A stretch of 64,000 nucleotides of DNA from Vicinamibacterales bacterium (GCA_965217045.1 OZ244228.1:679668-743667); one strand, 5' to 3'; shown: positions 18,961-27,096, numbered from the stretch's first letter. The notes: a model not told the origin generated them from the letters alone. Made by a program: numbers and translations.

Positions 18961-19317
18961 ATGGTGCTCGCGGGCCGCAACTTCGCGGGTGCCGGCGCGT
19001 CGCTGGCGGTGCGCGCCTTCGCGACGGCGAAGGCGCGCTTCAGCCGCACGCGAGAGCAGCTCGCGGTCTCCATCACGTTCTGGCGGCACAAGGAAAAGAG
19101 TGACGCGATCGGTCTTTTGCGGGATACGATTGCGAAGCTGGATGCGCTCGATGCCGCGCTGTCGGCAGAGGCGGTCGATGCCGGCGTCGCGGACGCCCTC
19201 GCGAGGAACGCTGACGCGGCCTGCCAAGCCTGTCACGCCGTCTACCGCGCGCTGGATCCGGAGACCGGGACGTACGAGTTGAAGCGGGGATCCGTCAGGG
19301 GGGAGGTAGCGAGATGA
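18961..19317 (+). CDS. Small class II (cytochrome c-prime/c556-like) c-type cytochrome candidate
   Basis: An internal ATG at 18961 of ORF 18235-19317 gives MVLAGRNFAGAGASLAVRAFA (a possible signal peptide) plus about 95 aa of helical sequence. It ends ...ARNADAACQACHAVYR, and a C-terminal CxxCH..YR is the hallmark of class II cytochromes c. The stop overlaps the next gene's start (ATGA). Confidence 0.45.
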   Translation: MVLAGRNFAGAGASLAVRAFATAKARFSRTREQLAVSITFWRHKEKSDAIGLLRDTIAKLDALDAALSAEAVDAGVADALARNADAACQACHAVYRALDPETGTYELKRGSVRGEVAR

Positions 19318-20297
19318 GTTCACGAGTACGAACGGCGTTGACCGTGCTGCCCGTCGTCGCCGGCATGCTCTGGTCGGGTGCGGCGTCCGTCGCCGCCCAA
19401 GGCCGCACGCCGTGGGGCGACCCGGACCTGCAGGGCATGTGGACGAACACCACGACGACGCCCATGGAGCGGCCGGAGGACCTCGCGGGGCAGGCGACGT
19501 TGACCGAGGAGGAGCGCGCGGTGCGCGACCCGGAGGTCCAGGCGGCGGTCAGCTTCGACCGGGCGCCCACCCCCGGCAACGTGGGCGGCTACAATGAGTT
19601 CTGGGTGGAGCGGGGCAACCTGATCCGCCAGACGTCGCTCATCGTCGATCCGCCCGACGGCCGGCTGCCCGCGCTCACGCCGGGGGCGGAACGGAAGCGG
19701 AACGAGTTCCTGGCGCGGTGGGTTGCCTCGCCCAGCTCCTGGGAGGACATGAACCTGTACGACCGCTGCATCACGCGCGGCCTGCCCGGCGCCATGATTC
19801 CCGGGTTCTACAACCACAACTATCTCATTCTGCAGACGCCCGGCTACGTGGTGGTGCAGGTCGAGATGATCCACGATACGCGCATCATTCCGCTGGACAC
19901 GAGCGAGCATCCGCCGACGGGCATTCCCCAGTGGCTCGGAGATTCGCGAGGCTACTGGGACGGCGACACGCTGGTGGTCGAGACGAGGAACTTCGCTCGC
20001 CGCGCCGAGCAGAGGACGAACATCGGACGGTTCTTCCTGACGTTCTCGGGCGGCGAGCACGCGCGTCTCGTCGAGCGCTTCACCCGGGTCGGCAACGACC
20101 GGCTGGACTACGAGTTCACGGTCATCGATCCGACCGTCGACACGCGCTCCTGGACCGCGTCGATTCCGATGCAGAAGAGTGAGGAGGCGCTGTTCGAGTA
20201 CGCGTGCCACGAGGGCAACTATGCGCTCGGCAACATCCTGGCCGGCGCGCGGGCCGATGAGCGGGCGGCGGCGGTCGCCGAGCAGCAGTCGCGCTAG
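19314..20297 (+). CDS. PDLQ-CHEGN family secreted protein, paralogue a (function unknown)
   Basis: 327 aa. A signal peptide is followed by RTPWGDPDLQGMW..TPMERP, SLIVDPPDGRLP, YDRCITRG, EMIHDTRIIPLD, WLGDSRGYWDGDTLVVETRNF and FEYACHEGNY. Confidence 0.85.
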   Translation: MSSRVRTALTVLPVVAGMLWSGAASVAAQGRTPWGDPDLQGMWTNTTTTPMERPEDLAGQATLTEEERAVRDPEVQAAVSFDRAPTPGNVGGYNEFWVERGNLIRQTSLIVDPPDGRLPALTPGAERKRNEFLARWVASPSSWEDMNLYDRCITRGLPGAMIPGFYNHNYLILQTPGYVVVQVEMIHDTRIIPLDTSEHPPTGIPQWLGDSRGYWDGDTLVVETRNFARRAEQRTNIGRFFLTFSGGEHARLVERFTRVGNDRLDYEFTVIDPTVDTRSWTASIPMQKSEEALFEYACHEGNYALGNILAGARADERAAAVAEQQSR

Positions 20298-20322
20298 GAG
20301 TCTGCGCCGTAGAACGGCGCGG
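20294..20322 (+). repeat. Solo IS1182-terminus-like hairpin overlapping the TAG stop of paralogue a
   Basis: CTAGGAGTCTGCGCCGTAGAACGGCGCGG. Its first 16 nt are identical to both IS termini. About 26 of 29 nt match the transposase-proximal IS end (reverse complement of 16290-16319). The stem is GCGCCG/CGGCGC. Confidence 0.75.
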
Positions 20323-20360
20323 GCGACTTCGCAGCGTGCCCGCCCGTGAGAGGGGCAGGA

Positions 20361-20885
20361 ATGACAGCTCACACAGCGACGGCCGCGGCGTTGACGGTGC
20401 TGGTGGCGGCCTCCGGGTACCGCGACCCGGCGGCCGCCCAGGGCGACGACACGCTCTACGTCCTGGACGGGTCGGCCCTGTACCGAGTCGTGCCGGCCGG
20501 CGAGAACGTCAAGGTCGTCGACGACGTCGGGCCGGGGGTGCCGGCCGTCGTGAGCACGGTGCCCCCCGCGTACCCGCCGGAGATGGACGAGGCGTGGGTG
20601 ATCGAGCTGGCGGCTGTCATCGAGGAGGACGGGACCGTCGAGGAGGCCGATGTGGTGCGGTCCCAACCGTTCTCGGGGCCGGGGCCGGGGCAGGCGTCAC
20701 CGCCCTGGGTGATGGAGCTCAACGCCTCGGCCGTGGCTGCCCTCGAACAGCGGCGGTACCGCCCCGTGCTCCTGAACGGCCAGGCGATCCGCATGCGCGT
20801 CTCGGTGGTGGTCGTGTACATGCCGCCGGACGCGGGCGAAGTCGCGCCGCCGGCCGCCGCCGGCGGCGGCCAGGACCGGCCGTGA
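20361..20885 (+). CDS. Secreted protein with TonB C-terminal-like domain
   Basis: Start ATG 20361 (MTAHTATAAALTVLVAASG). VPPAYPPEM...ELAAVIEEDGTVEEADVV...AVAALEQRRYRPVLLNGQAIRMRVSVVVVY follows the TonB_C pattern. There is no N-terminal TM anchor with a long Pro-rich spacer. Confidence 0.5.
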   Translation: MTAHTATAAALTVLVAASGYRDPAAAQGDDTLYVLDGSALYRVVPAGENVKVVDDVGPGVPAVVSTVPPAYPPEMDEAWVIELAAVIEEDGTVEEADVVRSQPFSGPGPGQASPPWVMELNASAVAALEQRRYRPVLLNGQAIRMRVSVVVVYMPPDAGEVAPPAAAGGGQDRP

Positions 20886-20902
20886 GCAGCGGCAAGGGGC
20901 CC

Positions 20903-21811
20903 ATGCCCGGCAGGCGCGGTCCGGCGTCGCTGCTGGTGCTGTCGCTGCTGGTGGCGCCGGCTGCCGCTCGCGCGCAGGAGCCGCCGCTCGTCGACGTGCT
21001 CGGCCGGGTGACCCGCTACGTCGGCGAGCTCAGCGCCCGGCTGTCGGGCGCGGTGGCCGAGGAGCATTACGAGCAGCGTGCGACGACGCCCGTGGACAGC
21101 AGCCTCGGCAGTCGTGGCGGCAGCCGCAGCGCCTACTACCGGCGCACGCTGCGCTCGGACTACCTCCTCGTGCGACCTCGGAATGTCGGGTGGTACTACG
21201 GATTCCGCGACGTCTTCGAGGTCGACGGGCAGCCGGTGCGCGACCGTCAGGAGCGTCTGACCGAACTGTTCCTCGATCCGTCCGCGTCGGCGAACACGCA
21301 GATTCGCGGCATCGTCCGCGACAGCGCCCGCTACAACATCGGCGACGTGCAACGCAACTTCAACGTCCCGACGCTCGCGCTGCTCTTCCTGCACGCGGAC
21401 AACAAGGCGCGCTTCGACTTCGAGCGGGCGGCTGACGACTCGCCGCCTCTCGGACTCGACCGCCCCGAGGCGGACGGCGAGGTGTGGGTCATCGCCTACC
21501 GGGAGAACTGGCCGACCACGCTGATCCGCGGGCGGGAGCGCAGCAACCTGCCGGCCTCCGGGCGTTTCTGGATCGAGCCGGCCACCGGGCGCGTGCTGGC
21601 CAGCGAGGTCGGCGTGCAGGACTCCGAGATGGAGGCGACCATCGCCGTGGGCTACCGGTTGGACAGCGGGCTGGGCCATCTGGTGCCGGCCGAGATGCGC
21701 GAACGCTACGAGAACCGCCGGCAGCGCTCGCGCGTCGACGGCACGGCGACCTACACCGACTTTCGGCGGTTCCAGGTGCAGGTCAGCGAGTCCGCACCGT
21801 TCCGCGACTGA
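20903..21811 (+). CDS. Hypothetical secreted protein
   Basis: In-frame ATG 20903 (MPGRRGPASLLVLSLLVAPAAARAQ) within track ORF 20336-21811. The codon usage looks coding. I could not recognise a family. Confidence 0.6.
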   Translation: MPGRRGPASLLVLSLLVAPAAARAQEPPLVDVLGRVTRYVGELSARLSGAVAEEHYEQRATTPVDSSLGSRGGSRSAYYRRTLRSDYLLVRPRNVGWYYGFRDVFEVDGQPVRDRQERLTELFLDPSASANTQIRGIVRDSARYNIGDVQRNFNVPTLALLFLHADNKARFDFERAADDSPPLGLDRPEADGEVWVIAYRENWPTTLIRGRERSNLPASGRFWIEPATGRVLASEVGVQDSEMEATIAVGYRLDSGLGHLVPAEMRERYENRRQRSRVDGTATYTDFRRFQVQVSESAPFRD

Positions 21812-22828
21812 ATGGGGGACGAAGTGAAGAGGTTCAGATTCCTGCTGGCCGTGTCGGCTGCTGTCTCGATCTGCCTGGGGGTCGCGCCGCCGGCTGGGGC
21901 GGCGTGCGAGGACGTGGGCGAGATCCGGTTCATCTGCGACGTCATCAGTCCGGAGGACTTCGCCATCGTTCCGGCCACCGAGTGGATCATCGCCTCCGGG
22001 GATCGGGCCGGCGGCCGGATCCAACTCGTGAACGTGCCGGACAGGACCGCGACGCCGGTGTTCCCGACGGGCGTGCCCGCCGAGCGGCTGGACGCCGCGA
22101 CGTACCCGACGTGCCCCGGGCCCATCGACCCGCAGGAGGGCGACGAGTTCCGGGCGCACGGCCTCTATCTGCGGCCCGGGCCGAGTCGGGTCCATACGCT
22201 GTACGTGGTTCACCACGGCTTCCGGGAATCGATCGAGGTGTTCGAGGTGGCCGCCCGCGGCGCCGCGCCCACCCTCACCTGGGTCGGATGCGCCGTGGCG
22301 CCAGAGCCGCTCGGCCTGAACGCGGTGGTGGCGACGCCCGAGGGAGGCTTCGTGACCACGAGTCCCCGCACCGGGGACGTGTGGGAATGGCATACCGGCA
22401 CGGGCTGGGCCCGGGTGCCCGGCAGCGAGCACAGCGCGCCGAACGGACTGGAGATCTCGAGCGACGGGCGCTGGCTGTACATCGCCGGGTGGCGCGAGGA
22501 GAAGCTGACGCGCCTGTCGCGCGGCCAGACGCCGATTCAGAAGGTCGTCGTGCCGCTGGGCTTCCGGCCCGACAACGTGCGGATGTCGGCGGACGGCTCC
22601 GTCATCTTCGCGGCCGGCCACGGCAACGTCCGGGAGCCGCGGGACACCGCCCGGGAGACGTCCAACGTCGCGACGATCGACCCGTGGACGCTGGACGTGC
22701 GGCGGATATTCGAGCACCCGCACATCGCAGACTTCGGCGGTTCGACCACTGCCGTCCAGTTCGGCGACGAGCTCTGGCTGGGCACCTACCGGGGCAGGAT
22801 GATCGCCTATCTCCCGATGCCCGAGTAG
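21812..22828 (+). CDS. Six-bladed beta-propeller protein (PON/arylesterase / SMP-30-like)
   Basis: 338 aa with a signal peptide. It contains SAPNGLEISSDGRWLYIAGW, PDNVRMSADGSVIFAAGH and FGDELWLGTY. The start abuts the previous stop (TGAATG). Confidence 0.6.
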   Translation: MGDEVKRFRFLLAVSAAVSICLGVAPPAGAACEDVGEIRFICDVISPEDFAIVPATEWIIASGDRAGGRIQLVNVPDRTATPVFPTGVPAERLDAATYPTCPGPIDPQEGDEFRAHGLYLRPGPSRVHTLYVVHHGFRESIEVFEVAARGAAPTLTWVGCAVAPEPLGLNAVVATPEGGFVTTSPRTGDVWEWHTGTGWARVPGSEHSAPNGLEISSDGRWLYIAGWREEKLTRLSRGQTPIQKVVVPLGFRPDNVRMSADGSVIFAAGHGNVREPRDTARETSNVATIDPWTLDVRRIFEHPHIADFGGSTTAVQFGDELWLGTYRGRMIAYLPMPE

Positions 22829-22853
22829 GAGTCTGCGCCCTAGAACGGCGCGG
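22826..22853 (+). repeat. Solo IS1182-terminus-like hairpin overlapping the TAG stop of the propeller gene
   Basis: TAGGAGTCTGCGCCCTAGAACGGCGCGG is 27/28 identical to the copy at 20295. It lies between convergent genes. Confidence 0.75.
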
Positions 22854-22871
22854 ATGAGTCCGCCCGCCCGC

Positions 22872-23867
22872 TCAGCGCCCCTCGCGCTCCAGCACCCGCG
22901 CGCCGGCGAGGATGCTGGTCATGGCGTAGTTTCCCTCGTGGCAGGCGGCCTCGAAGATCTGGTTCTGCTCGTTGTCGACTCGCTGGAGCGGCAGCTCGAT
23001 GGTCCAGGGGCGGGTCCAGGCCTGCGGGTCGGCGACCGTGGCCTGGTACATGATCAGGTCGGCCGCGACGGGGGTGAACCGCTCCACCAGTTGCAGCTGC
23101 TCGCGGGAACCGTTAAAGCTGGTCAGGCCGGTGAAGTTCGTCGTGTCGACGACCAGCGTAGCGCCGTCCCAGCGCCCGACGGAGTCGCCGAGCCACTGGC
23201 GGACGCGGGCCGGGACGTGCGGCCGGCCCGCGAGGGAGACGGTGCGATACCCGCCTCCGATATGCCCGTCCTCATGGTACAGCATGACCGATCCGGGCGT
23301 CTGGACGACCCGGCTGAACGTGCCCGATGTCCCGCTGATGAACGGCAGGCTGACGCCCCGGCAGCGATCCAGGTCGCGCCGGTCCTCTGGCCCGTCGGCC
23401 AGCTCGCTCTGCATCTTCTCGCGCGCGGCCTCGGCCACCGCCTGCCCGTGCGCGGTGAACGGAATCTTCCCGTCCGGCGGGTCGACGATGAGCGACGTGC
23501 GGCGGGTCCGGATCACTTCCTTGCCGCGGCCGGTGAAGGCCTCGTTGTACGCGCCCTCGACGTCGGCGACCGACCCCGGCTCGGCCCGCACGTCGCGCCG
23601 GCGGACGTTGGCCCTCTCCTCCAGGGCCGCCACGTCCTCGCCGGTGAGGAACTCCTGGCCGGCGAACTCGTCGGGGCGCTCGAGCGGCGTCAGGATGTAG
23701 CCCGGGCTCCAGATGCCCTGCAGGTCCGGGTCGCCCCACGGTGTGCGCGGTGGCGCGAACGCATCCGCGTCGGCCGGCGGCTCCTGGCCCGCGGGCGATG
23801 CGGCGAGCAGCGCGACAACGACCACGGCCAAGACCCCTGTTGCTGCCACGAAATCTCGCTGACGCAT
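22872..23867 (-). CDS. PDLQ-CHEGN family secreted protein, paralogue b (most divergent)
   Basis: Start ATG 23867 follows AGGAGG (MRQRDFVAATGVLAVVVVALLAAS). Motifs: RTPWGDPDLQGIW..TPLERP, SLIVDPPDGKIP, LDRC, WLGDSVGRWDGATLVVDTTNF, FEAACHEGNY. Confidence 0.85.
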   Translation of the reverse strand: MRQRDFVAATGVLAVVVVALLAASPAGQEPPADADAFAPPRTPWGDPDLQGIWSPGYILTPLERPDEFAGQEFLTGEDVAALEERANVRRRDVRAEPGSVADVEGAYNEAFTGRGKEVIRTRRTSLIVDPPDGKIPFTAHGQAVAEAAREKMQSELADGPEDRRDLDRCRGVSLPFISGTSGTFSRVVQTPGSVMLYHEDGHIGGGYRTVSLAGRPHVPARVRQWLGDSVGRWDGATLVVDTTNFTGLTSFNGSREQLQLVERFTPVAADLIMYQATVADPQAWTRPWTIELPLQRVDNEQNQIFEAACHEGNYAMTSILAGARVLEREGR

Positions 23868-23951
23868 CGGAACCTCCTGTAGCTCGAGCCCACCTAGTTG
23901 CGGGGACTCTATCATGCGCGTTCCCGCGCCGCTGCGACGTCGTGGCGGTGC

Positions 23952-24344
23952 TCAGGCTGGCAGATCGAACAACGGAATGCCCATCGCCCGGGCGGCGTCC
24001 GTCATCCGGCGATCGTACGTGGCGAGCTCGACGGTCTGTGCCTGCCCGCGCAGGTGCTCGATCGACGCCAGGTGCAGTGCGTCGAGCGTGCGAAGCGGCA
24101 CGGGAAGCGCCGCGAGTGCGCGTGCGAGAACGGGCGGCGTCAGCTCCAACAGGGCGATCCGTCCAAGGATCGCGGCGGCGGCGCCGCCGTGGGACTCCGC
24201 GAGTTTGCGTCCGTGGACGCGGGTCCAGACTTCGTACTGGACCAGTCGACTGGCGACGAGAGTTGCGTTCCAGAGTCCGGCCGGCGGGCGCCGGTCCTCG
24301 GCGAAGAGTTGGGCCAGTGCGACCGAGGCGTCGATGTAGATCAC
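23952..24344 (-). CDS. vapC: PIN-domain toxin (VapC-like)
   Basis: 130 aa starting MIYIDASV, with the acidic PIN residues in the expected order (D5, E, D near LDALHLA, D in YDRR). It overlaps the upstream antitoxin gene by 4 nt. Confidence 0.8.
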   Translation of the reverse strand: MIYIDASVALAQLFAEDRRPPAGLWNATLVASRLVQYEVWTRVHGRKLAESHGGAAAAILGRIALLELTPPVLARALAALPVPLRTLDALHLASIEHLRGQAQTVELATYDRRMTDAARAMGIPLFDLPA

Positions 24345-24643
24345 CGGTCGCTTCTATCCTGGTCCAGCTCCGTGAGGAGTTGTTCCAGCGTCATGATCGG
24401 GGCCGGTGCAGGAGGGGGGCCCGAAGCGGGTGCTGCCGGCGGCGTCAACCAGCCCTTTCGCACTGCATCTGCTAGCAGGGCGTCGGCCAGAATGGGACTC
24501 CGCTCCGCCCGCGGCGGAACGATTTCCGCGACGACGCGGTCACGATCCGTCACGAGCACCGTCTCGCCCGCAGCGGCCAGGCGCACGTACTCACTGAGCT
24601 TGTTGTTCAGCACCTTCAGGCCGACGGATCTCATGGACCTCAA
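24341..24643 (-). CDS. Phd/YefM-type antitoxin
   Basis: 100 aa. GLKVLNNKLSEYVRLAAAGETVLVTDRDRVVAEIVPP is the typical prevent-host-death N-terminal fold motif. Its position suggests translational coupling with vapC. Confidence 0.75.
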   Translation of the reverse strand: MRSMRSVGLKVLNNKLSEYVRLAAAGETVLVTDRDRVVAEIVPPRAERSPILADALLADAVRKGWLTPPAAPASGPPPAPAPIMTLEQLLTELDQDRSDR

Positions 24644-24716
24644 GGTGGCGCCTGGTGGCCACCTCCGTCAAGCTGGCCGCCCGGCGGCCACGCACGTACC
24701 CGGTGCGTGGCCCGTG

Positions 24717-25217
24717 TCAGTTGATGGCCACGTCGAGGTGCACGGCGTGGTGCTCGAACTTCCAGCCGGCGTCCGTCTTCACGAAGACGTCGTCCGCGGT
24801 CCCGGTGTTCTTGATGCTCGACGGAGAGGTTGCGACATCCAGCTCGATCCAGTAGGCGCGCGCGGTCGCCCCGCCGTCCGCCGTCGGCACGATGCGGATG
24901 TTCGGGACGTGGTGGCGCCGCTTCGAGTCGCCGGTCTGCCCTCCGAAGCTGCGCTGGCGCCACGCCATCAGCGCGTCGTGGCCTTCGATCCGATCACCCG
25001 TGGGGAAGACGAAGACCGCGTCCTCCGCGAACGCCGCGAGCCACAGGTCGGCGTCGCGGAAGTCGGACCCCTGGTACATGGTGGCATACAGCTGCGTGAT
25101 CTCGGCCCGATCCTCGGCCGTCAGCGTGGCCGCGGCCTCCGGTTGCCCGTACATCCATCCCGCGGCGCCGACGAGAGCGAGCAGCGTGACGGCAAGCAAC
25201 GATGTATTTCTTCGCAT
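24717..25217 (-). CDS. SnoaL-like / NTF2-fold (DUF4440-type) secreted protein
   Basis: Start ATG 25217 (MRRNTSLLAVTLLALVGAAG). DRAEITQLYATMYQG...DADLWLAAFAEDAVFVFP.GDRIEGHDAL..W fits the SnoaL/DUF4440 pattern. Confidence 0.6.
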   Translation of the reverse strand: MRRNTSLLAVTLLALVGAAGWMYGQPEAAATLTAEDRAEITQLYATMYQGSDFRDADLWLAAFAEDAVFVFPTGDRIEGHDALMAWRQRSFGGQTGDSKRRHHVPNIRIVPTADGGATARAYWIELDVATSPSSIKNTGTADDVFVKTDAGWKFEHHAVHLDVAIN

Positions 25218-25338
25218 GGTTCCTCCTCCAGGCCCGACCGGCCAGCGCATCATACCTCCGGGCCGGTGCAACCGTCGTTCTTGCAAGGCCGGAAGGCCGG
25301 CCTGCTATCATCCCGGGATTCCAGCTTCCGGAGGATAG

Positions 25339-27033
25339 ATGCGCATCCCACTTCTTGCGGTCGGTCGATCGGCTCCATGTTCCGTTCTCGCACTTGGCGT
25401 CGCCCTGTTTCCAGGGGTCGCCGCGACGCTCGGCTGTGGGGGCTCCGAAGAGTCCGCCGGGCCGTCTGAAGCTGCGACGGTCACGGTGCTGGTCCAGGGC
25501 GGGCCGCTGCACGGCTCGAACGGCATCCACTTCGGCCCGGACGGAAACCTGTACATCGCCAGCGTCGTCAGCTCCCGGATTCTCGCAATCGATCCCGAGA
25601 GCGGCGAGACCGTCGGCAGCTGGGGTCGGGCGGAAGGGGTGAACGGACCTGACGACCTCGCGTTCGGGCCGGACGGGTCGTTGTACTGGACCGATATCGC
25701 GGGCGGGGAGGTGGGGAAGCGCGCGCCGGATGGGACGACCAGCATCGTCGGCGCGCCCGGTCCGGGCGCGAATCCCATCACGTTCTCGGACGACGGCCGG
25801 CTGTTCGTGTCGCAGTGCTTCCTCGGGACGCACCTGTTCGAGATCGACCCGGACGGCGTCGCGGAGCCGCGCCTGATCAACGACGAGCTGGGGCCGGGCT
25901 GCGGCCTCAACGGCATGGACTGGGGCCCGGACGACAAGCTGTACGGCCCGCGCTGGTTCAACGGCGAGGTCGCCCGGGTGGACGTCGACAGCGGCTCCGC
26001 GGAGATCGTGGCCACCGACTTCGGGATACCGGCGGCGGTCAAGTTCGACTCGCAGGGCCGGCTGCACGTGATCGACACGCAGCGCGGCGAGGTGGTGCGC
26101 ATCGACCTGGAGAGCGGTGACCGGGAGGTGGTCGGCCGGCCCGGGGTCGGCCTCGACAACCTGGCCCTCGACGGGGACGACCGCATCTTCGTCTCCAGCT
26201 TCATGGACGGCTCCATCGTCGAGGTGACGGGACCCGAGACGAACCGCGTGGTCCTGCCGAGCAGCGTCAACTCGCCGGGCGGCGTGGCCTACACGGCGGC
26301 GGGCCGGCTGTTCCTGGCCGACGGCGGCGCGCTGCGGGAGCTCGACCCGTCGACCGGGGCCAGCGTCCACACCGTGGCCGCCATGGTCACCGACGTGGGG
26401 CCGGTGACGTCTGTCCACCCGCACGGCGACCACCTGGTGCTGTCGGGAGCCAGCCTGTCCGGTTCCACCATGGTCACCGTCTGGGATCCGGATGCGGATG
26501 CAGTCGTCGCGCGGGTCGAGGGCTTCGAGGACGCGGTCGATGCGCTGGCATACGGCGGCGATCTCATCGTGACCGAGTACGGCACCGGCAGCGTGCTGCG
26601 CTTCCACCCCGACTCGCCGGACGACCGCGCGGCGATTGCCAGCGGACTGGCGGAGCCGGCCGGCCTGGCGCTGCACGGCGGCGACCTGTACGTGACGGAC
26701 CGCAGCGGCGCCGTGCTGCAGGTCCTCGACGATGGCGAGACCGTCGAGCCCGCGCGCACGGTGGCCAGCGGCTTGGCCGGCCCCGAAGGCATCGCCGCGG
26801 ACGACGACGGCGTGCTGTACGTCGTCGAGGTCGAAGCCGGGCGTGTCACGCGGATCGATCCCCGGTCAGGCGAAGCGACGCCCGTTGTGGACGGCCTGGC
26901 GCTCAGCGGACCCGAGCCGCGGGCGCTCGGTCCGGCGACCTCCATCGGCGAGCTGGCCGGCATCGCGGTGGGGGACGGCGCGCTCTTCGTATCGGCCTAC
27001 CGGGACAACCGCGTCTACCGCATCAAGCGGTGA
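25339..27033 (+). CDS. Large secreted (possibly lipoprotein) beta-propeller protein, SMP-30/NHL-like repeats
   Basis: 564 aa with a signal ending ATLGCGG (a weak lipobox). It has many blade units, including NGIHFGPDGNLYIA, DDLAFGPDGSLYWTD, ITFSDDGRLFVSQ, VKFDSQGRLHVID, LALHGGDLYVTD and IAADDDGVLYVVE. Confidence 0.7.
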   Translation: MRIPLLAVGRSAPCSVLALGVALFPGVAATLGCGGSEESAGPSEAATVTVLVQGGPLHGSNGIHFGPDGNLYIASVVSSRILAIDPESGETVGSWGRAEGVNGPDDLAFGPDGSLYWTDIAGGEVGKRAPDGTTSIVGAPGPGANPITFSDDGRLFVSQCFLGTHLFEIDPDGVAEPRLINDELGPGCGLNGMDWGPDDKLYGPRWFNGEVARVDVDSGSAEIVATDFGIPAAVKFDSQGRLHVIDTQRGEVVRIDLESGDREVVGRPGVGLDNLALDGDDRIFVSSFMDGSIVEVTGPETNRVVLPSSVNSPGGVAYTAAGRLFLADGGALRELDPSTGASVHTVAAMVTDVGPVTSVHPHGDHLVLSGASLSGSTMVTVWDPDADAVVARVEGFEDAVDALAYGGDLIVTEYGTGSVLRFHPDSPDDRAAIASGLAEPAGLALHGGDLYVTDRSGAVLQVLDDGETVEPARTVASGLAGPEGIAADDDGVLYVVEVEAGRVTRIDPRSGEATPVVDGLALSGPEPRALGPATSIGELAGIAVGDGALFVSAYRDNRVYRIKR

Positions 27034-27058
27034 GCGGCACTCGCTCCATAGACCAGCC

Positions 27059-27096
27059 AAAAAAAAGAGCCGGCCCCGCCTGAGCGGGGTCGGCTC
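27059..27096 (-). terminator. Rho-independent terminator of paralogue c (between convergent genes)
   Basis: On the minus strand the sequence is GAGCCGACCCCGC-TCAG-GCGGGGCCGGCTC followed by TTTTTTTT, 27 nt after the stop at 27123. Confidence 0.75.

Noticed and set aside
18210-19103. A 297-aa ORF in the alternative frame covers the cytochrome/DUF1587 region.
   Set aside because: Only its first ~25 residues from ATG 18273 (MFRAAVGAGLGLVSLGLGG) look genuine, as the displaced signal peptide of the decayed DUF1587 gene. The rest is Arg/Gly/Ala-rich shadow sequence, while the other frame carries the CxxCH and DUF1587 motifs.
20294-20322. The solo GCGCCG-TAGAA-CGGCGC hairpins could be intrinsic terminators.
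   Set aside because: The stem is only 6 bp and is not followed by a T-run. The two convincing terminators in the window (9259-9291 and 27059-27096) have 11-13-bp stems plus T8. The identity to the IS termini explains these hairpins better.
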